A stretch of 64,000 nucleotides of DNA from an uncultured virus (IMG/VR IMGVR_UViG_3300032216_000918) (Duplodnaviria; Heunggongvirae; Uroviricota; Caudoviricetes). Of this stretch, positions 25,695 through 35,094 are shown in pieces. How positions within the stretch are numbered: the stretch's first letter is position 1; each line of letters begins with the position of its first letter. A program made the translations under genes and the position numbers. The stretch lies in the IMG/VR virus record IMGVR_UViG_3300032216_000918. One strand, given 5' to 3'. The notes below the pieces were generated by a model. The model made no database searches, was not told the DNA's origin, and was given only the letters and a program-made list of their open reading frames with translations.

Positions 25695-26396
25695 ATGGCA
25701 CGTTCCACCTTTGAAGGCCCAATTCTATCGGGCGATAACCGTTTTGGCGCATTGCGTAACGTAGGTTACTCACAGTTAGTACAAAATGTTGATTTAGACT
25801 TATCTGTAACTACAAATGGCTCTGCCAACTACGCTGGCGGTTCTGGTCAGTTTGTTAGCTCAAACGGTATCCCTAACGTAAATGCTACTGTTTACACCCC
25901 ATCTGCCTCTACATACCCATCAGTAGTTCAGACTATTCCTGCTGACACGGCTACTAACGTATATCGTGGCGCTGTATTTTATGTTCCAACTGGTGCCGAC
26001 TTAGATAATATTTATATTGATTGTTTAGCTTTGGTTGCTGTTACTGGTGGTTCTGCTGCTATTACTTCGCAGACTGTTTATATTTCTAACAACTACACCG
26101 CTGCTGCGGGTACTGCTGCTTATTTCAATACAGGCGCTATTTCTGCTACTGGTCGTCAATCTTTGTCTACTTTTACAGCTACCCAAATGGGCAACCAAAC
26201 AGCTACCTCTACGGATATTTTACAAGCTAACGGCCAGCCAAATATCTCTCAAGTTGTTGTGACTATTGCTATTGTTGGTACTGCGTTAGATACACGTACT
26301 GCGCTAACAGGTAAATACAACTTTACCCTTCAGTACACACAACCAGATAACAACATTGGCACTAGAACAGTTTACCCATATGGTAACTTTGACTAA
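25695..26396 (+). CDS. Virion structural protein
   Basis: MARSTFEGP N-terminus; Thr/Ala/Gly-rich beta character; followed by a terminator. Confidence 0.65.
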   Translation: MARSTFEGPILSGDNRFGALRNVGYSQLVQNVDLDLSVTTNGSANYAGGSGQFVSSNGIPNVNATVYTPSASTYPSVVQTIPADTATNVYRGAVFYVPTGADLDNIYIDCLALVAVTGGSAAITSQTVYISNNYTAAAGTAAYFNTGAISATGRQSLSTFTATQMGNQTATSTDILQANGQPNISQVVVTIAIVGTALDTRTALTGKYNFTLQYTQPDNNIGTRTVYPYGNFD

Positions 26397-26405
26397 TTAA
26401 TCCCG

Positions 26406-26426
26406 GGGGTCTTCGGACCCCTTTTT
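26406..26426 (+). terminator. Intrinsic terminator with UUCG loop
   Basis: GGGGTC-TTCG-GACCCC-T5. Confidence 0.8.
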
Positions 26427-26446
26427 AAAAATTTAGGAGATTAATT

Positions 26447-26953
26447 ATGACAATGCAATATGATGTAAAAGGCACGCACTTTAGTGGCTCTGGTTTAGCA
26501 GTATCTGGTCGAGTACGCCTTAAAAACTTGGTGTACCTTGGTACTGGCACGGCTGGTAGTATTGATTTATTTGATACAACAACAGCCCCAGTATCAGCTA
26601 CCTACGCTCGTTCTGGTACAACTATTACTGTAACTTCAACGGGTCACGGTTTAACTACTGGGCAAAATATTGGCATATCTTATGCTGCTGCTTCCGGGGT
26701 TGCCGCCGTTGCTGGAAACTATGTAATTACAGTTACTGGCGCTAATACATTTACTATTACAGATTTAAACTCTGGGACTATTGCCTCTAGTACTGCTTGC
26801 GTATATTCAACTGGTAAATTTTTAACTAGTTACAACACAGGCACAGCTGTTCAGCCATTCCAAGCTATTTTTTCTGGTGAAGGTATTTTGGCCCAAAACG
26901 GTATTTATGTTGTTGTAACTAACATTAACTATCAGACTATTCAATATGGCTAA
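26447..26953 (+). CDS. Virion structural protein (FCCH-like beta domain insert)
   Basis: TVTSTGHGLTTGQ...NYVITV...NTFTI pattern. Confidence 0.6.
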   Translation: MTMQYDVKGTHFSGSGLAVSGRVRLKNLVYLGTGTAGSIDLFDTTTAPVSATYARSGTTITVTSTGHGLTTGQNIGISYAAASGVAAVAGNYVITVTGANTFTITDLNSGTIASSTACVYSTGKFLTSYNTGTAVQPFQAIFSGEGILAQNGIYVVVTNINYQTIQYG

Positions 26954-27203
26954 GAAAAAAGGTGTTTCGCTTGCAGTTGGTCGTGGTGAAAAGTTGCCTG
27001 TATCTAAGGGAGCTGGGCTTACCGCCAAAGGTCGTGCTAAGTATAATGCGGCTACTGGTTCGAATTTAAAAGCCCCGCAGCCTGAGGGTGGTTCCCGCAA
27101 AAAATCATTCTGCGCTAGAATGTCTGGAATGCCAGGACCAATGAAAGACGAAAACGGCAAGCCTACACGTAAAGCTGCTAGTTTAAAACGGTGGAAATGT
27201 TAA
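26946..27203 (+). CDS. Small basic conserved phage protein
   Basis: GLTAKGR...NLKAP...RKKSFCARM...SLKRWKC. Confidence 0.7.
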   Translation: MAKKKGVSLAVGRGEKLPVSKGAGLTAKGRAKYNAATGSNLKAPQPEGGSRKKSFCARMSGMPGPMKDENGKPTRKAASLKRWKC

Positions 27204-27452
27204 ATGAACGACATGAACCCAATTGAAACCGCTAGGGAATTAGCAACGCACGCTAATGATATTGAACACTTACAGGCTGATATGGATAAACTTGTACAAG
27301 ATATGGAAGAGGTTAAAAAATCCTTAGCTGAAATTCAACGTCTGTTGTCTGATGACCGTGCTAGCAAAAAGACTATGCACACTGTAGTTAACGTAGTAGC
27401 GGTGTTGTTTGGTGGTTTAATCGTGGCTTTGTTTGAGAGGTTTGTAAAATGA
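27204..27452 (+). CDS. Coiled-coil protein with C-terminal TM (XhlA/holin-like)
   Basis: Heptads followed by VVAVLFGGLIVALF. Confidence 0.55.
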   Translation: MNDMNPIETARELATHANDIEHLQADMDKLVQDMEEVKKSLAEIQRLLSDDRASKKTMHTVVNVVAVLFGGLIVALFERFVK

Positions 27453-27721
27453 AAGACAGAGTACAAAGTCTTGATGCCGCTTATAAAGAACAACAAAGTG
27501 AACCTCCAAATACTGGGTACGATATGAACCCTAATTGGGCAAAAGAACATCCAGAATGGGCTGCGGAAGCAGCAAAAACAGCTAAAGAATACGAGGACAG
27601 GTCAAAAAAAATTCGTATGGATGAACTTAAAAAAACTGTTAAGCCGTTTAAAAAAGGTGGTAAAGTTGCTGGTAAATTGGCAACTCGTGGTTATGGCATT
27701 TCAAAGCATGGTAAAAAATAA
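27449..27721 (+). CDS. Small protein with FKKGG motif
   Basis: C-terminal FKKGGKVAGKLATRGYG. Confidence 0.6.
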   Translation: MKDRVQSLDAAYKEQQSEPPNTGYDMNPNWAKEHPEWAAEAAKTAKEYEDRSKKIRMDELKKTVKPFKKGGKVAGKLATRGYGISKHGKK

Positions 27722-28065
27722 TGCCTAGTGTCTCTAAAAAACAACACAATTTTATGGCGGCTGTTGCTAAAAACCCACAGTTTGCTAAAAAAGTAGGTTT
27801 AAAGCCCTCCGTTGGTGAGGATTTTTTAGAGGCTGATAAAGGCCGTAAATTTAGGAGTGGTGGTATGGCAAAGAGCGATATGAAAGAAGATACAAAGATG
27901 GACAAAGCGCAAGATAAGGCGATGATTAAAAAAGCCTTTCGCATGCATGATGCCCAAGAGCATAAGAGTGGTAAAGGCACAAACCTAGCCAAACTTAAAA
28001 AAGGTGGTTCAGTTCGTGGTTGCGGTGTTGCACAACGTGGTTTAACTAAAGGAAAAGTATTATGA
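27721..28065 (+). CDS. Small basic protein with xxxGG motifs
   Basis: MPSVSKKQHNFMAA; FRSGG, LKKGG..RGCG.A.RG. Confidence 0.65.
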   Translation: MPSVSKKQHNFMAAVAKNPQFAKKVGLKPSVGEDFLEADKGRKFRSGGMAKSDMKEDTKMDKAQDKAMIKKAFRMHDAQEHKSGKGTNLAKLKKGGSVRGCGVAQRGLTKGKVL

Positions 28066-28268
28066 AAGAAACAATGGGACCAAAAACAATGGCTAAAGAT
28101 GTGGAGAAGTTTCCTCAGTTTGAAAGCCACGATGCTGCTACAGCTAAACACGGTGCAGGCCATTTGCCACACCACAAGTTTTTTCAAGAGCACAAAGCGG
28201 GCCACGATGTTCACACTGATGCTGTACAAAAGATGTGTGGCGGCGGTATGGCTAAGGGCAAAAAGTAA
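28062..28268 (+). CDS. Small His-rich protein with MCGGG motif
   Basis: Operon tiling. Confidence 0.55.
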   Translation: MKETMGPKTMAKDVEKFPQFESHDAATAKHGAGHLPHHKFFQEHKAGHDVHTDAVQKMCGGGMAKGKK

Positions 28269-28528
28269 TGAGAGCATCCCGTGGCATGGGTGATATTAAC
28301 CCTGCTAAGGAACCAAAAGGTACTAAGTCCGCAGTCCTGATGAAGGAAGGCGGAAAAACAAATTGGATCGCGGGAGCTATCAAGAAACCCGGCGCTTTAC
28401 ATAAAGCTTTGGGTGTACCAGAAGGTAAAAAGATTCCGTCTAGCAAACTGGCTGCGGCTGCAAAAAAACCCGGCAAGATGGGTAAGCGAGCTAGGCTAGC
28501 GGAAACCTTAAAAGGGTTTAAGAAATGA
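28268..28528 (+). CDS. Small basic protein
   Basis: MKEGG; WI..AIKKPGALHK.LGVP.G.KIP...RARLA.TL. Confidence 0.65.
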   Translation: MRASRGMGDINPAKEPKGTKSAVLMKEGGKTNWIAGAIKKPGALHKALGVPEGKKIPSSKLAAAAKKPGKMGKRARLAETLKGFKK

Positions 28529-28833
28529 GTGAATATAAAGGTACAGACAACCCCGACAAAAAACGGGGTGAACTGCTAAAAGATAACGTTTCTACTGGAG
28601 ATTATTTTCCGGATCGCAAGGGTGTTTTTGTTGATACCCCCGGAGTTGAAGATGCTCAAAAAGAAGCAGACAAACGAAACGCTGCAGAGCGTCGTAGTGC
28701 TAAGGCGGAGAAAGATAAGCCTATTGTAGAAGAACTTAAAAAAACTGTTAACCCTTTCAAAAAAGGCGGCGCAGTTAAGGCTAAAAAAGTAGCAGGTAAG
28801 CTCGCAACTCGTGGGTATGGTAAGGCACGTTAA
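28525..28833 (+). CDS. Small protein with FKKGG motif, paralogous C-terminus to 27449..27721
   Basis: ELKKTVNPFKKGG...VAGKLATRGYG. Confidence 0.6.
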   Translation: MSEYKGTDNPDKKRGELLKDNVSTGDYFPDRKGVFVDTPGVEDAQKEADKRNAAERRSAKAEKDKPIVEELKKTVNPFKKGGAVKAKKVAGKLATRGYGKAR

Positions 28834-29567
28834 TGACTACAACCGGCACCTCGTCGTTTAATCTAGACTTAAATGATCTAGTAGAAGAGGCGTTTGAGCG
28901 CTGTGGGAAAGAGCTGCGTACTGGTTACGATTTTAGAACTGCTCGTCGTTCTTTAAACTTGCTCACTATTGAGTGGGCTAATCGTGGTATTAATCTTTGG
29001 ACGATTGAGCAAGGCTCAATTACACTTGTACAAGGTACGAATACATATGACTTACCAGACGACACAATTGATTTACTCGAGCATCAGATCCGTACAAATG
29101 CTGGCTCACAAAGCAATCAGACCGATATCACCATCAGTCGCATCAGTGTATCTACCTATGCTACTATCCCAAATAAATTAAGCCAAGGCCGTCCAATTCA
29201 AGTTTGGATTAACCGTCAATCTGGAGCTTCATACCCTACAGGCGATAACCCAGACCGGCACCCACAAATAACTGTCTGGCCTACACCAGATGGTTCGCAA
29301 ACGTATACTTTTGTTTATTGGCGCCTACGTCGTATTCAAGACGCTGGCAACGGTGTTAATACACAAGATATTCCGTTTCGTTTTATCCCTTGCATGGTTG
29401 CTGGGTTGGCGTACTACTTGTCTATAAAGTTAGATAATGTGCCGCCCGAGCGTATAGCTGGTTTAAAAGCCGACTACGAACAACAGTTTCAGTTGGCATC
29501 GGAAGAAGATAGAGAAAAAGCGCCGATTAGATTTGTGCCACGTAGGATGTTTATTGGGAGCTATTAA
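28833..29567 (+). CDS. Putative head-tail adaptor protein
   Basis: EEAFER, ARRSLN...W.N.G..LW, GRP, VWPTPD and GLAYYL motifs typical of connector proteins. Confidence 0.65.
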   Translation: MTTTGTSSFNLDLNDLVEEAFERCGKELRTGYDFRTARRSLNLLTIEWANRGINLWTIEQGSITLVQGTNTYDLPDDTIDLLEHQIRTNAGSQSNQTDITISRISVSTYATIPNKLSQGRPIQVWINRQSGASYPTGDNPDRHPQITVWPTPDGSQTYTFVYWRLRRIQDAGNGVNTQDIPFRFIPCMVAGLAYYLSIKLDNVPPERIAGLKADYEQQFQLASEEDREKAPIRFVPRRMFIGSY

Positions 29568-29944
29568 TGCCTAATAAATTTGCTTCAGGTAAGTATGCAA
29601 TTGCGGAATGCGACAGATGTGCATTTAGATATAAATTGGTTGAGTTGCGTACTGAAATTATTAAAACAAAGCCGTATCAGTTAAAAGTCTGTAATACCTG
29701 TTGGGACCCTGATCAACCTCAGTTACAATTGGGGATGTATCCTATAAATGACCCGCAAGCAGTGCGGGAACCAAGACGGGATAATAGTTATGTGCAGTCT
29801 GGTTTATCTGCTTATGGTTACCAGTCTGGTGGTAGTAGAGACACGCAGTGGGGTTGGAGCCCGGTAGGTCAGGGGTACGACTATAACGAGACGCCAAATT
29901 ATTTGGTTGGGCAAGGGCAAGTAGGAACAGTAACAATTAACTAG
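29567..29944 (+). CDS. Conserved structural-module protein with CxxC pairs
   Basis: CDRC...CNTC.D..QPQL...DPQA. Confidence 0.6.
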   Translation: MPNKFASGKYAIAECDRCAFRYKLVELRTEIIKTKPYQLKVCNTCWDPDQPQLQLGMYPINDPQAVREPRRDNSYVQSGLSAYGYQSGGSRDTQWGWSPVGQGYDYNETPNYLVGQGQVGTVTIN

Positions 29945-29953
29945 GAGTAGGAC

Positions 29954-30136
29954 ATGGGATATAAAAGTGCAGCTGACGGTATAACAAGTAAAGGTAGAAC
30001 TAAGGGTAAAAATCTTGGTGATTCTGGCTCATCTGTTGGTTTTGACAAAATGAAAAAGGGTTCAGGCGGATTAGATCAGAATAAGATGGAAGCCGTAGGA
30101 CGTGGTTTGGCTAAAGTAGCAGCTAACGGGAAATAA
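29954..30136 (+). CDS. Small basic protein
   Basis: SD AGGAG; DG...KGRTKG motif. Confidence 0.55.
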   Translation: MGYKSAADGITSKGRTKGKNLGDSGSSVGFDKMKKGSGGLDQNKMEAVGRGLAKVAANGK

Positions 30137-30138
30137 TC

Positions 30139-30381
30139 ATGGCAATTAATAACAAACCTGCATCTAAATATGCACCGCCACACACAATGAGCGGTAAAGC
30201 TGTTGGTAACGATCTGCCAGCGATGTCCAATGAGCGTGGTTCTAAGTACATGGACGAGATGAATATTTCTTTAGGAAATATTAGCAAAGACAACTACAAG
30301 CCAACTAAGACTTCTGGTATTGAAATGCGCGGTGGTAAAGCTCAGACTAAAGGTAAAATGTCTCGCGGGCCGATGGCTTAA
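30139..30381 (+). CDS. Small basic protein
   Basis: C-terminal RG..A.TKG..SRGPMA. Confidence 0.6.
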   Translation: MAINNKPASKYAPPHTMSGKAVGNDLPAMSNERGSKYMDEMNISLGNISKDNYKPTKTSGIEMRGGKAQTKGKMSRGPMA

Positions 30382-30393
30382 GGGTAAACCCTA

Positions 30394-31335
30394 ATGAACT
30401 ACGAGACGTTATATAACAACATTCAGGCGTATGCCGAGAACACCGAAGCGCTATTTGTAGCGTCTATTCCTGTTTTTGTGCAGCAGGCTGAAGACCGCAT
30501 ATACAACTCAGTTCAAATTCCATCACTACGTAAAAACGTTACAGGTACTTTAACTTTAGGAAACCAATATCTGTCTTTGCCAGCTGACTATTTGTCATCG
30601 TATTCTGTAGCTGTTATTGACTCATCTGGTAACTATAATTACTTACTCAATAAAGATGTTAATTACCTTCGTGAAGCATATCCATCCGCTACTTTAACGG
30701 GCAGTGTTTATCAGGGTATTCCTGGCGGGGTCCCAAAGTACTATGCATTGTTTGGCGCTCAGTATGGAAATATAGACTCTTTATCGTATATTTTAGCCCC
30801 AACACCAGATAGCAATTATGCAGTTGAAATGCACTATTTTTACTATCCCCCAACTATTGTACAAGGGCAGATTGCTACATTAAATACCCTTGCTGGGGGC
30901 TCACTATACACCAATGGTGTATATCAAAATGTATCATTAACTGGAGGTTCAGGTGCAAACGCTACTGCAGATATTGTCATTGTTGGGGGAGTTGTCACCT
31001 CTTGTAACCTTAAGTTTGGCGGGAATTTCTACGTTGTCGGCGATACTTTATCTTGCTCTTCATTAGGCTCTACTGGCTCTGGATTTTCTATTAAAGTAGC
31101 TACCGTGTCTAACGCTGCCGGAACAAGCTGGCTTGGTGATAACTATGACCCAGTACTATTTTATGGCACTATGCGTGAAGCTACGATATTTATGAAGGGC
31201 GAACAGGATATGGTTTCTTATTACGAAAAAATGTACCAAGAATCCCTTGCACAACTTAAACGCCTTGGCGATGGTCTTGAGCGTGGTGACGCGTATCGTT
31301 CTGGACAAACACGGTTGGACTACAATAAATTATGA
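30394..31335 (+). CDS. Putative head-tail connector / tail protein with beta insert
   Basis: F..QAE.RI, G.PKYY, APTPD and W...NY..L.YG. Confidence 0.6.
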   Translation: MNYETLYNNIQAYAENTEALFVASIPVFVQQAEDRIYNSVQIPSLRKNVTGTLTLGNQYLSLPADYLSSYSVAVIDSSGNYNYLLNKDVNYLREAYPSATLTGSVYQGIPGGVPKYYALFGAQYGNIDSLSYILAPTPDSNYAVEMHYFYYPPTIVQGQIATLNTLAGGSLYTNGVYQNVSLTGGSGANATADIVIVGGVVTSCNLKFGGNFYVVGDTLSCSSLGSTGSGFSIKVATVSNAAGTSWLGDNYDPVLFYGTMREATIFMKGEQDMVSYYEKMYQESLAQLKRLGDGLERGDAYRSGQTRLDYNKL

Positions 31336-31766
31336 TTTCCCAAGGGCAGACAACAGTTTTTAAAACTAACCTATTAAGTGGGTTGGAGAATTTTGCCGTT
31401 GGAACCCCGTATACCTATAAAATAGCCTTATATACAGGCAATGCCAATTTAAATAACGCTACAACTATATATACAACAGCCAATGAAATTACTGGGTCTG
31501 GCTATACAGCTGGGGGTAAGACTTTAACAATTAGCCAGGGTCCAACCGGGGATACCGCTACAAATACGGCATATATTAATTTTGCTAACGTAACTTGGAA
31601 CCCAGCTTCCTTTACTACTAGATGTGCTTTAATATATAATTCAACTACTGGAGCGGCTGTAGCGGTGTTGGATTTTGGTTCAGATAAAACAAATACAGCA
31701 ACAGGTACTTTTACTGTGACTTTTCCAACGGCGACATCGACAACTTCTATTTTAAGGATTTCTTAA
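31332..31766 (+). CDS. Virion structural protein
   Basis: KIALYT...NE..GSGY.AGG...ALIYN...VLDFG. Confidence 0.65.
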   Translation: MISQGQTTVFKTNLLSGLENFAVGTPYTYKIALYTGNANLNNATTIYTTANEITGSGYTAGGKTLTISQGPTGDTATNTAYINFANVTWNPASFTTRCALIYNSTTGAAVAVLDFGSDKTNTATGTFTVTFPTATSTTSILRIS

Positions 31767-31767
31767 T

Positions 31768-32535
31768 ATGCATAACGAATTATCAAACTGCGGTGACATT
31801 AGCTCCGCATCATTAATTAAAAACGCTGACTTTACAGAAACAGTTGGCATGGAAGGTCGTTATGTAGCCCAGTGCTTCGATAAAGACGGTAATCTTAAGT
31901 GGGAAGACACCATTGATAACGTAGTTACTGCTGCTGGTAAACAGCTAATGCTTGACACTATTTTAGCTGGTAGCGCATTTACTGCTACTGTTGTTATGGG
32001 TCTAGTTGGCTCAACAGGAACTACTGTAACTGCTGGTTCTTTTGTTACTGGCGCTACTTATCAGATTTTAGTGCCAGGTACTACTAACTTTACTTTAATT
32101 GGCGCAGCTAACAGCACTGCTGGTACAGTTTTCGTTGCTACAGGCGCTGGTACAGGTACTGGTACAGCTACATTGATTGGAACATTCCTAGCTGCTGATA
32201 CACAATCTTCTCATGCTGGTTGGAACGAAATTGGTTCTACAAATACCCCAACATATTCTGGAACTCGTAAGACACCAACATTTAGTGCAGCTAGTTCTTC
32301 TGGATTATCACCATCAAACGTAACTACAAAAGCTACTTCAGCCGCTGTGTCATTTACATTTAACGGCACAGTAAGCGGACCTGTTGGTGGTTGTTTTATT
32401 AATATTAATGGTACATCGGCTATTGATAACACAACAGGTACTTTGTATTCTGCTGGCGCATTTACTGGCGGTTATAAAACTGTTGCCCCAACAGACGTAC
32501 TTAACGTAACTTACTCAACAACAGCTACTAGCTAA
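31768..32535 (+). CDS. Virion structural protein
   Basis: G.LKWE...N.VT..G pattern; Thr/Gly-rich. Confidence 0.6.
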   Translation: MHNELSNCGDISSASLIKNADFTETVGMEGRYVAQCFDKDGNLKWEDTIDNVVTAAGKQLMLDTILAGSAFTATVVMGLVGSTGTTVTAGSFVTGATYQILVPGTTNFTLIGAANSTAGTVFVATGAGTGTGTATLIGTFLAADTQSSHAGWNEIGSTNTPTYSGTRKTPTFSAASSSGLSPSNVTTKATSAAVSFTFNGTVSGPVGGCFININGTSAIDNTTGTLYSAGAFTGGYKTVAPTDVLNVTYSTTATS

Positions 32536-32547
32536 TAGGAGCCTAAT

Positions 32548-34812
32548 ATGGCTCTTGTACTTTTAGACCGTGCGCAGGAAACCGCAACAGCAAATACGAC
32601 TGTTAGTTTTACCCTGCTCGGGGCTTCTACTGGCTATCAGTCTTTAGCTGGGGTTGGTAATACTAACACGACTTATTACGGTGCTTCTGACGGTACAAAC
32701 TGGGAAGTAGGGATTGGAACCTATTCAACTACAGGTCCAACATTAACTCGTACAACCATTCTGTCTTCTAGCAACTCAGGTTCAGCTGTAACTTTTAGCG
32801 GTACTATAACTGTTTTTATTGACTATCCATCTGGTAAATCAGTTACTACAGACTCTTTAGCGTATCCTCCAGCTATTGGCGGCACTACCCCTGCCGCTGG
32901 TAAATTTACTACTTTAGAAGCAACAGGGAATACCACTTTAGGAACGGCATCTGCAAATTATATAGCTGCAACTGGTGCTGCTGCTGGTTCTGCCCCATAT
33001 TTTTCTGTCGCTGGTTCTGATGCTGATATATATTTTCAATATAGAACTAAAGGAATTGGTGCGCATGATTTTTATACGAATGGTGCACTTCAATTCAGGG
33101 TTGCCAATACAACTTCAGCAGTTAATCGACTTCAAGTAACTGGTAGTGCAACTGGTGTTGGTATTCTAATATCTGCTGTAGGAACAGATGCAGACATTCC
33201 ATTAGTCTTACAACCTAAAGGCACAGGTGCACTACAGGCACAATTAACTGATTCTACTGCTACTGGCGGTAATGCTAGAGGTACTAATGCGGTAGATTGG
33301 CAAACATCAAGAACTACTGCGGCACAAGTTGCAAGTGCATTTAACACAACTATTGGTGGTGGATTAAGAAATACTGCTTCAGGGCAACAATCTACTGTAT
33401 CTGGGGGCTCAACTAATACTGCTGGTGGTGGTCAAAGTTTTATTGGTGGCGGTGGTTCAAATACCACAAATAGTTCTTATTCTGTCGTTGGTGGCGGTCT
33501 GTCTAATAGTTCCGCTGGGTTTTTAAACTTTATTGGTGGCGGCTTTACAAACTCTGGAACAGCCAATGCCGCTGTAACCACGCAAACAACTACCATTGCG
33601 GTAACTGCTGGAACAACTTTATATTTATCAGCTACCAATGCCAATATTAAAACTGGTCAATTATTGACTGGTACAGGTCTTACAAACTATACTTACGCAA
33701 CTGCAGGCGTAACTACTGGTACTGCCGCAGTAATGGCAACAAGTTCTATTTCAGGCACAACGCTTACTGTCGGCTCTGTATCTAGTGGCACAATCATTGC
33801 TGGTATGGTTTTAACTGGCACTGGTGTAACTGCTGGCACTTATATTGTTTCAGGCTCAGGTCTATCTTGGACTGTTTCAACTTCACAAACAGTAGCATCA
33901 ACCACTATCACAGGCACAGCCTACACAGTAACAATTAGCCAAGCGGCCACAATTGCGGCTGGTATCACTTTATCTTTCTATACTCCCCATGGAGTAGTAG
34001 TAGGTGGTGGTAATAACCAAGCAACAGGTGCTTACTCATTTATTGGTGGCGGTGGCGATGCTGGAACTACGGCTAACCGAAATGTAGCTAGTGGAACTTG
34101 GAGTGCAGTATTAGGTGGAGTTAAAAATACTGCATCAGGTGATGGCTCAGTAGTATGTGGTGGCGGTCTTTACGATTTGCCTAGTGGTGGTGTTTCTGCA
34201 AACTTAGCAAGTGGATTAAGTAGCTTTATTGGCAGTGGTTTTGGTAATCAAGCAACTAGTAATGCAACCGTTGTTTCTGGCGGTGTATCTAATACTGCAA
34301 ATGGATTTTATAGCGCAGTAGTGGGCGGTACTTATGGAACAACAAGAAGTATTACAGGAAATATTGTTTTACCTGCTTGCAATTTACCACTTTCAACTCC
34401 TCAAGGTTCTTCTCAAGCCGCAGTATTAGTTCTTGCAAGGCAAACAACAGATGCAACCGCTACTGTGCTTACTTCAACTTCTACTGCCGCAAGTGGAACA
34501 AACCAAGTAATCCTACCTAATAACTCTGCTTATTACTTTAAGGGTTCTGTTATTGCTGGAGTAACTGGTGCTGGTGATACTAAAGGCTGGAGCATTGAAG
34601 GAGTTATCAAGCGTGGTGCTGGTGTAGGAACAACAGCTTTAGTTGGAACTCCAACAGTTACTTCTTTATACGCTAACGCTGGTGCTTCTACATGGGCAGT
34701 AACAGCAACAGCAGACACAACCAATGGCGGTTTAGCAATCACAGTAACAGGACAAGCGGCAACTACTATTCGCTGGGTATGCGAACTAGACACAACTGAA
34801 ATGACATTCTAA
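32548..34812 (+). CDS. Tail fibre/spike protein
   Basis: DR.QET...WEVG.G N-terminal anchor; GG..N repeats (YadA-head-like). Confidence 0.75.
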   Translation: MALVLLDRAQETATANTTVSFTLLGASTGYQSLAGVGNTNTTYYGASDGTNWEVGIGTYSTTGPTLTRTTILSSSNSGSAVTFSGTITVFIDYPSGKSVTTDSLAYPPAIGGTTPAAGKFTTLEATGNTTLGTASANYIAATGAAAGSAPYFSVAGSDADIYFQYRTKGIGAHDFYTNGALQFRVANTTSAVNRLQVTGSATGVGILISAVGTDADIPLVLQPKGTGALQAQLTDSTATGGNARGTNAVDWQTSRTTAAQVASAFNTTIGGGLRNTASGQQSTVSGGSTNTAGGGQSFIGGGGSNTTNSSYSVVGGGLSNSSAGFLNFIGGGFTNSGTANAAVTTQTTTIAVTAGTTLYLSATNANIKTGQLLTGTGLTNYTYATAGVTTGTAAVMATSSISGTTLTVGSVSSGTIIAGMVLTGTGVTAGTYIVSGSGLSWTVSTSQTVASTTITGTAYTVTISQAATIAAGITLSFYTPHGVVVGGGNNQATGAYSFIGGGGDAGTTANRNVASGTWSAVLGGVKNTASGDGSVVCGGGLYDLPSGGVSANLASGLSSFIGSGFGNQATSNATVVSGGVSNTANGFYSAVVGGTYGTTRSITGNIVLPACNLPLSTPQGSSQAAVLVLARQTTDATATVLTSTSTAASGTNQVILPNNSAYYFKGSVIAGVTGAGDTKGWSIEGVIKRGAGVGTTALVGTPTVTSLYANAGASTWAVTATADTTNGGLAITVTGQAATTIRWVCELDTTEMTF

Positions 34813-34822
34813 GGAGAATTAA

Positions 34823-35092
34823 ATGGCACTAAAACTTAACCTAGAGCAAACACAATTTGGTGTACCAGCACCGCAAGCGTACGCTCGTATTACTAACTTC
34901 TTTGGCACTAAAGACCAAATCCAAGTGCAAGTAGCTATCTACTTTAATGAAGATGCTAGGCATGGCAATATGGCAACAGTTAAAGAAAACGCTCACTACA
35001 TCGCTATTGAAGACTTAAAGGGTGACTTAATCCCTGCAATCTACGAAGTTCTTAAGACTTTTGGCGATTATGAAGGCGCAGTAGACGCTTAA
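34823..35092 (+). CDS. Putative tail fibre chaperone
   Basis: Small ORF after the fibre, ending Y..LK....EGA.D. Confidence 0.5.
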   Translation: MALKLNLEQTQFGVPAPQAYARITNFFGTKDQIQVQVAIYFNEDARHGNMATVKENAHYIAIEDLKGDLIPAIYEVLKTFGDYEGAVDA

Positions 35093-35094
35093 TT

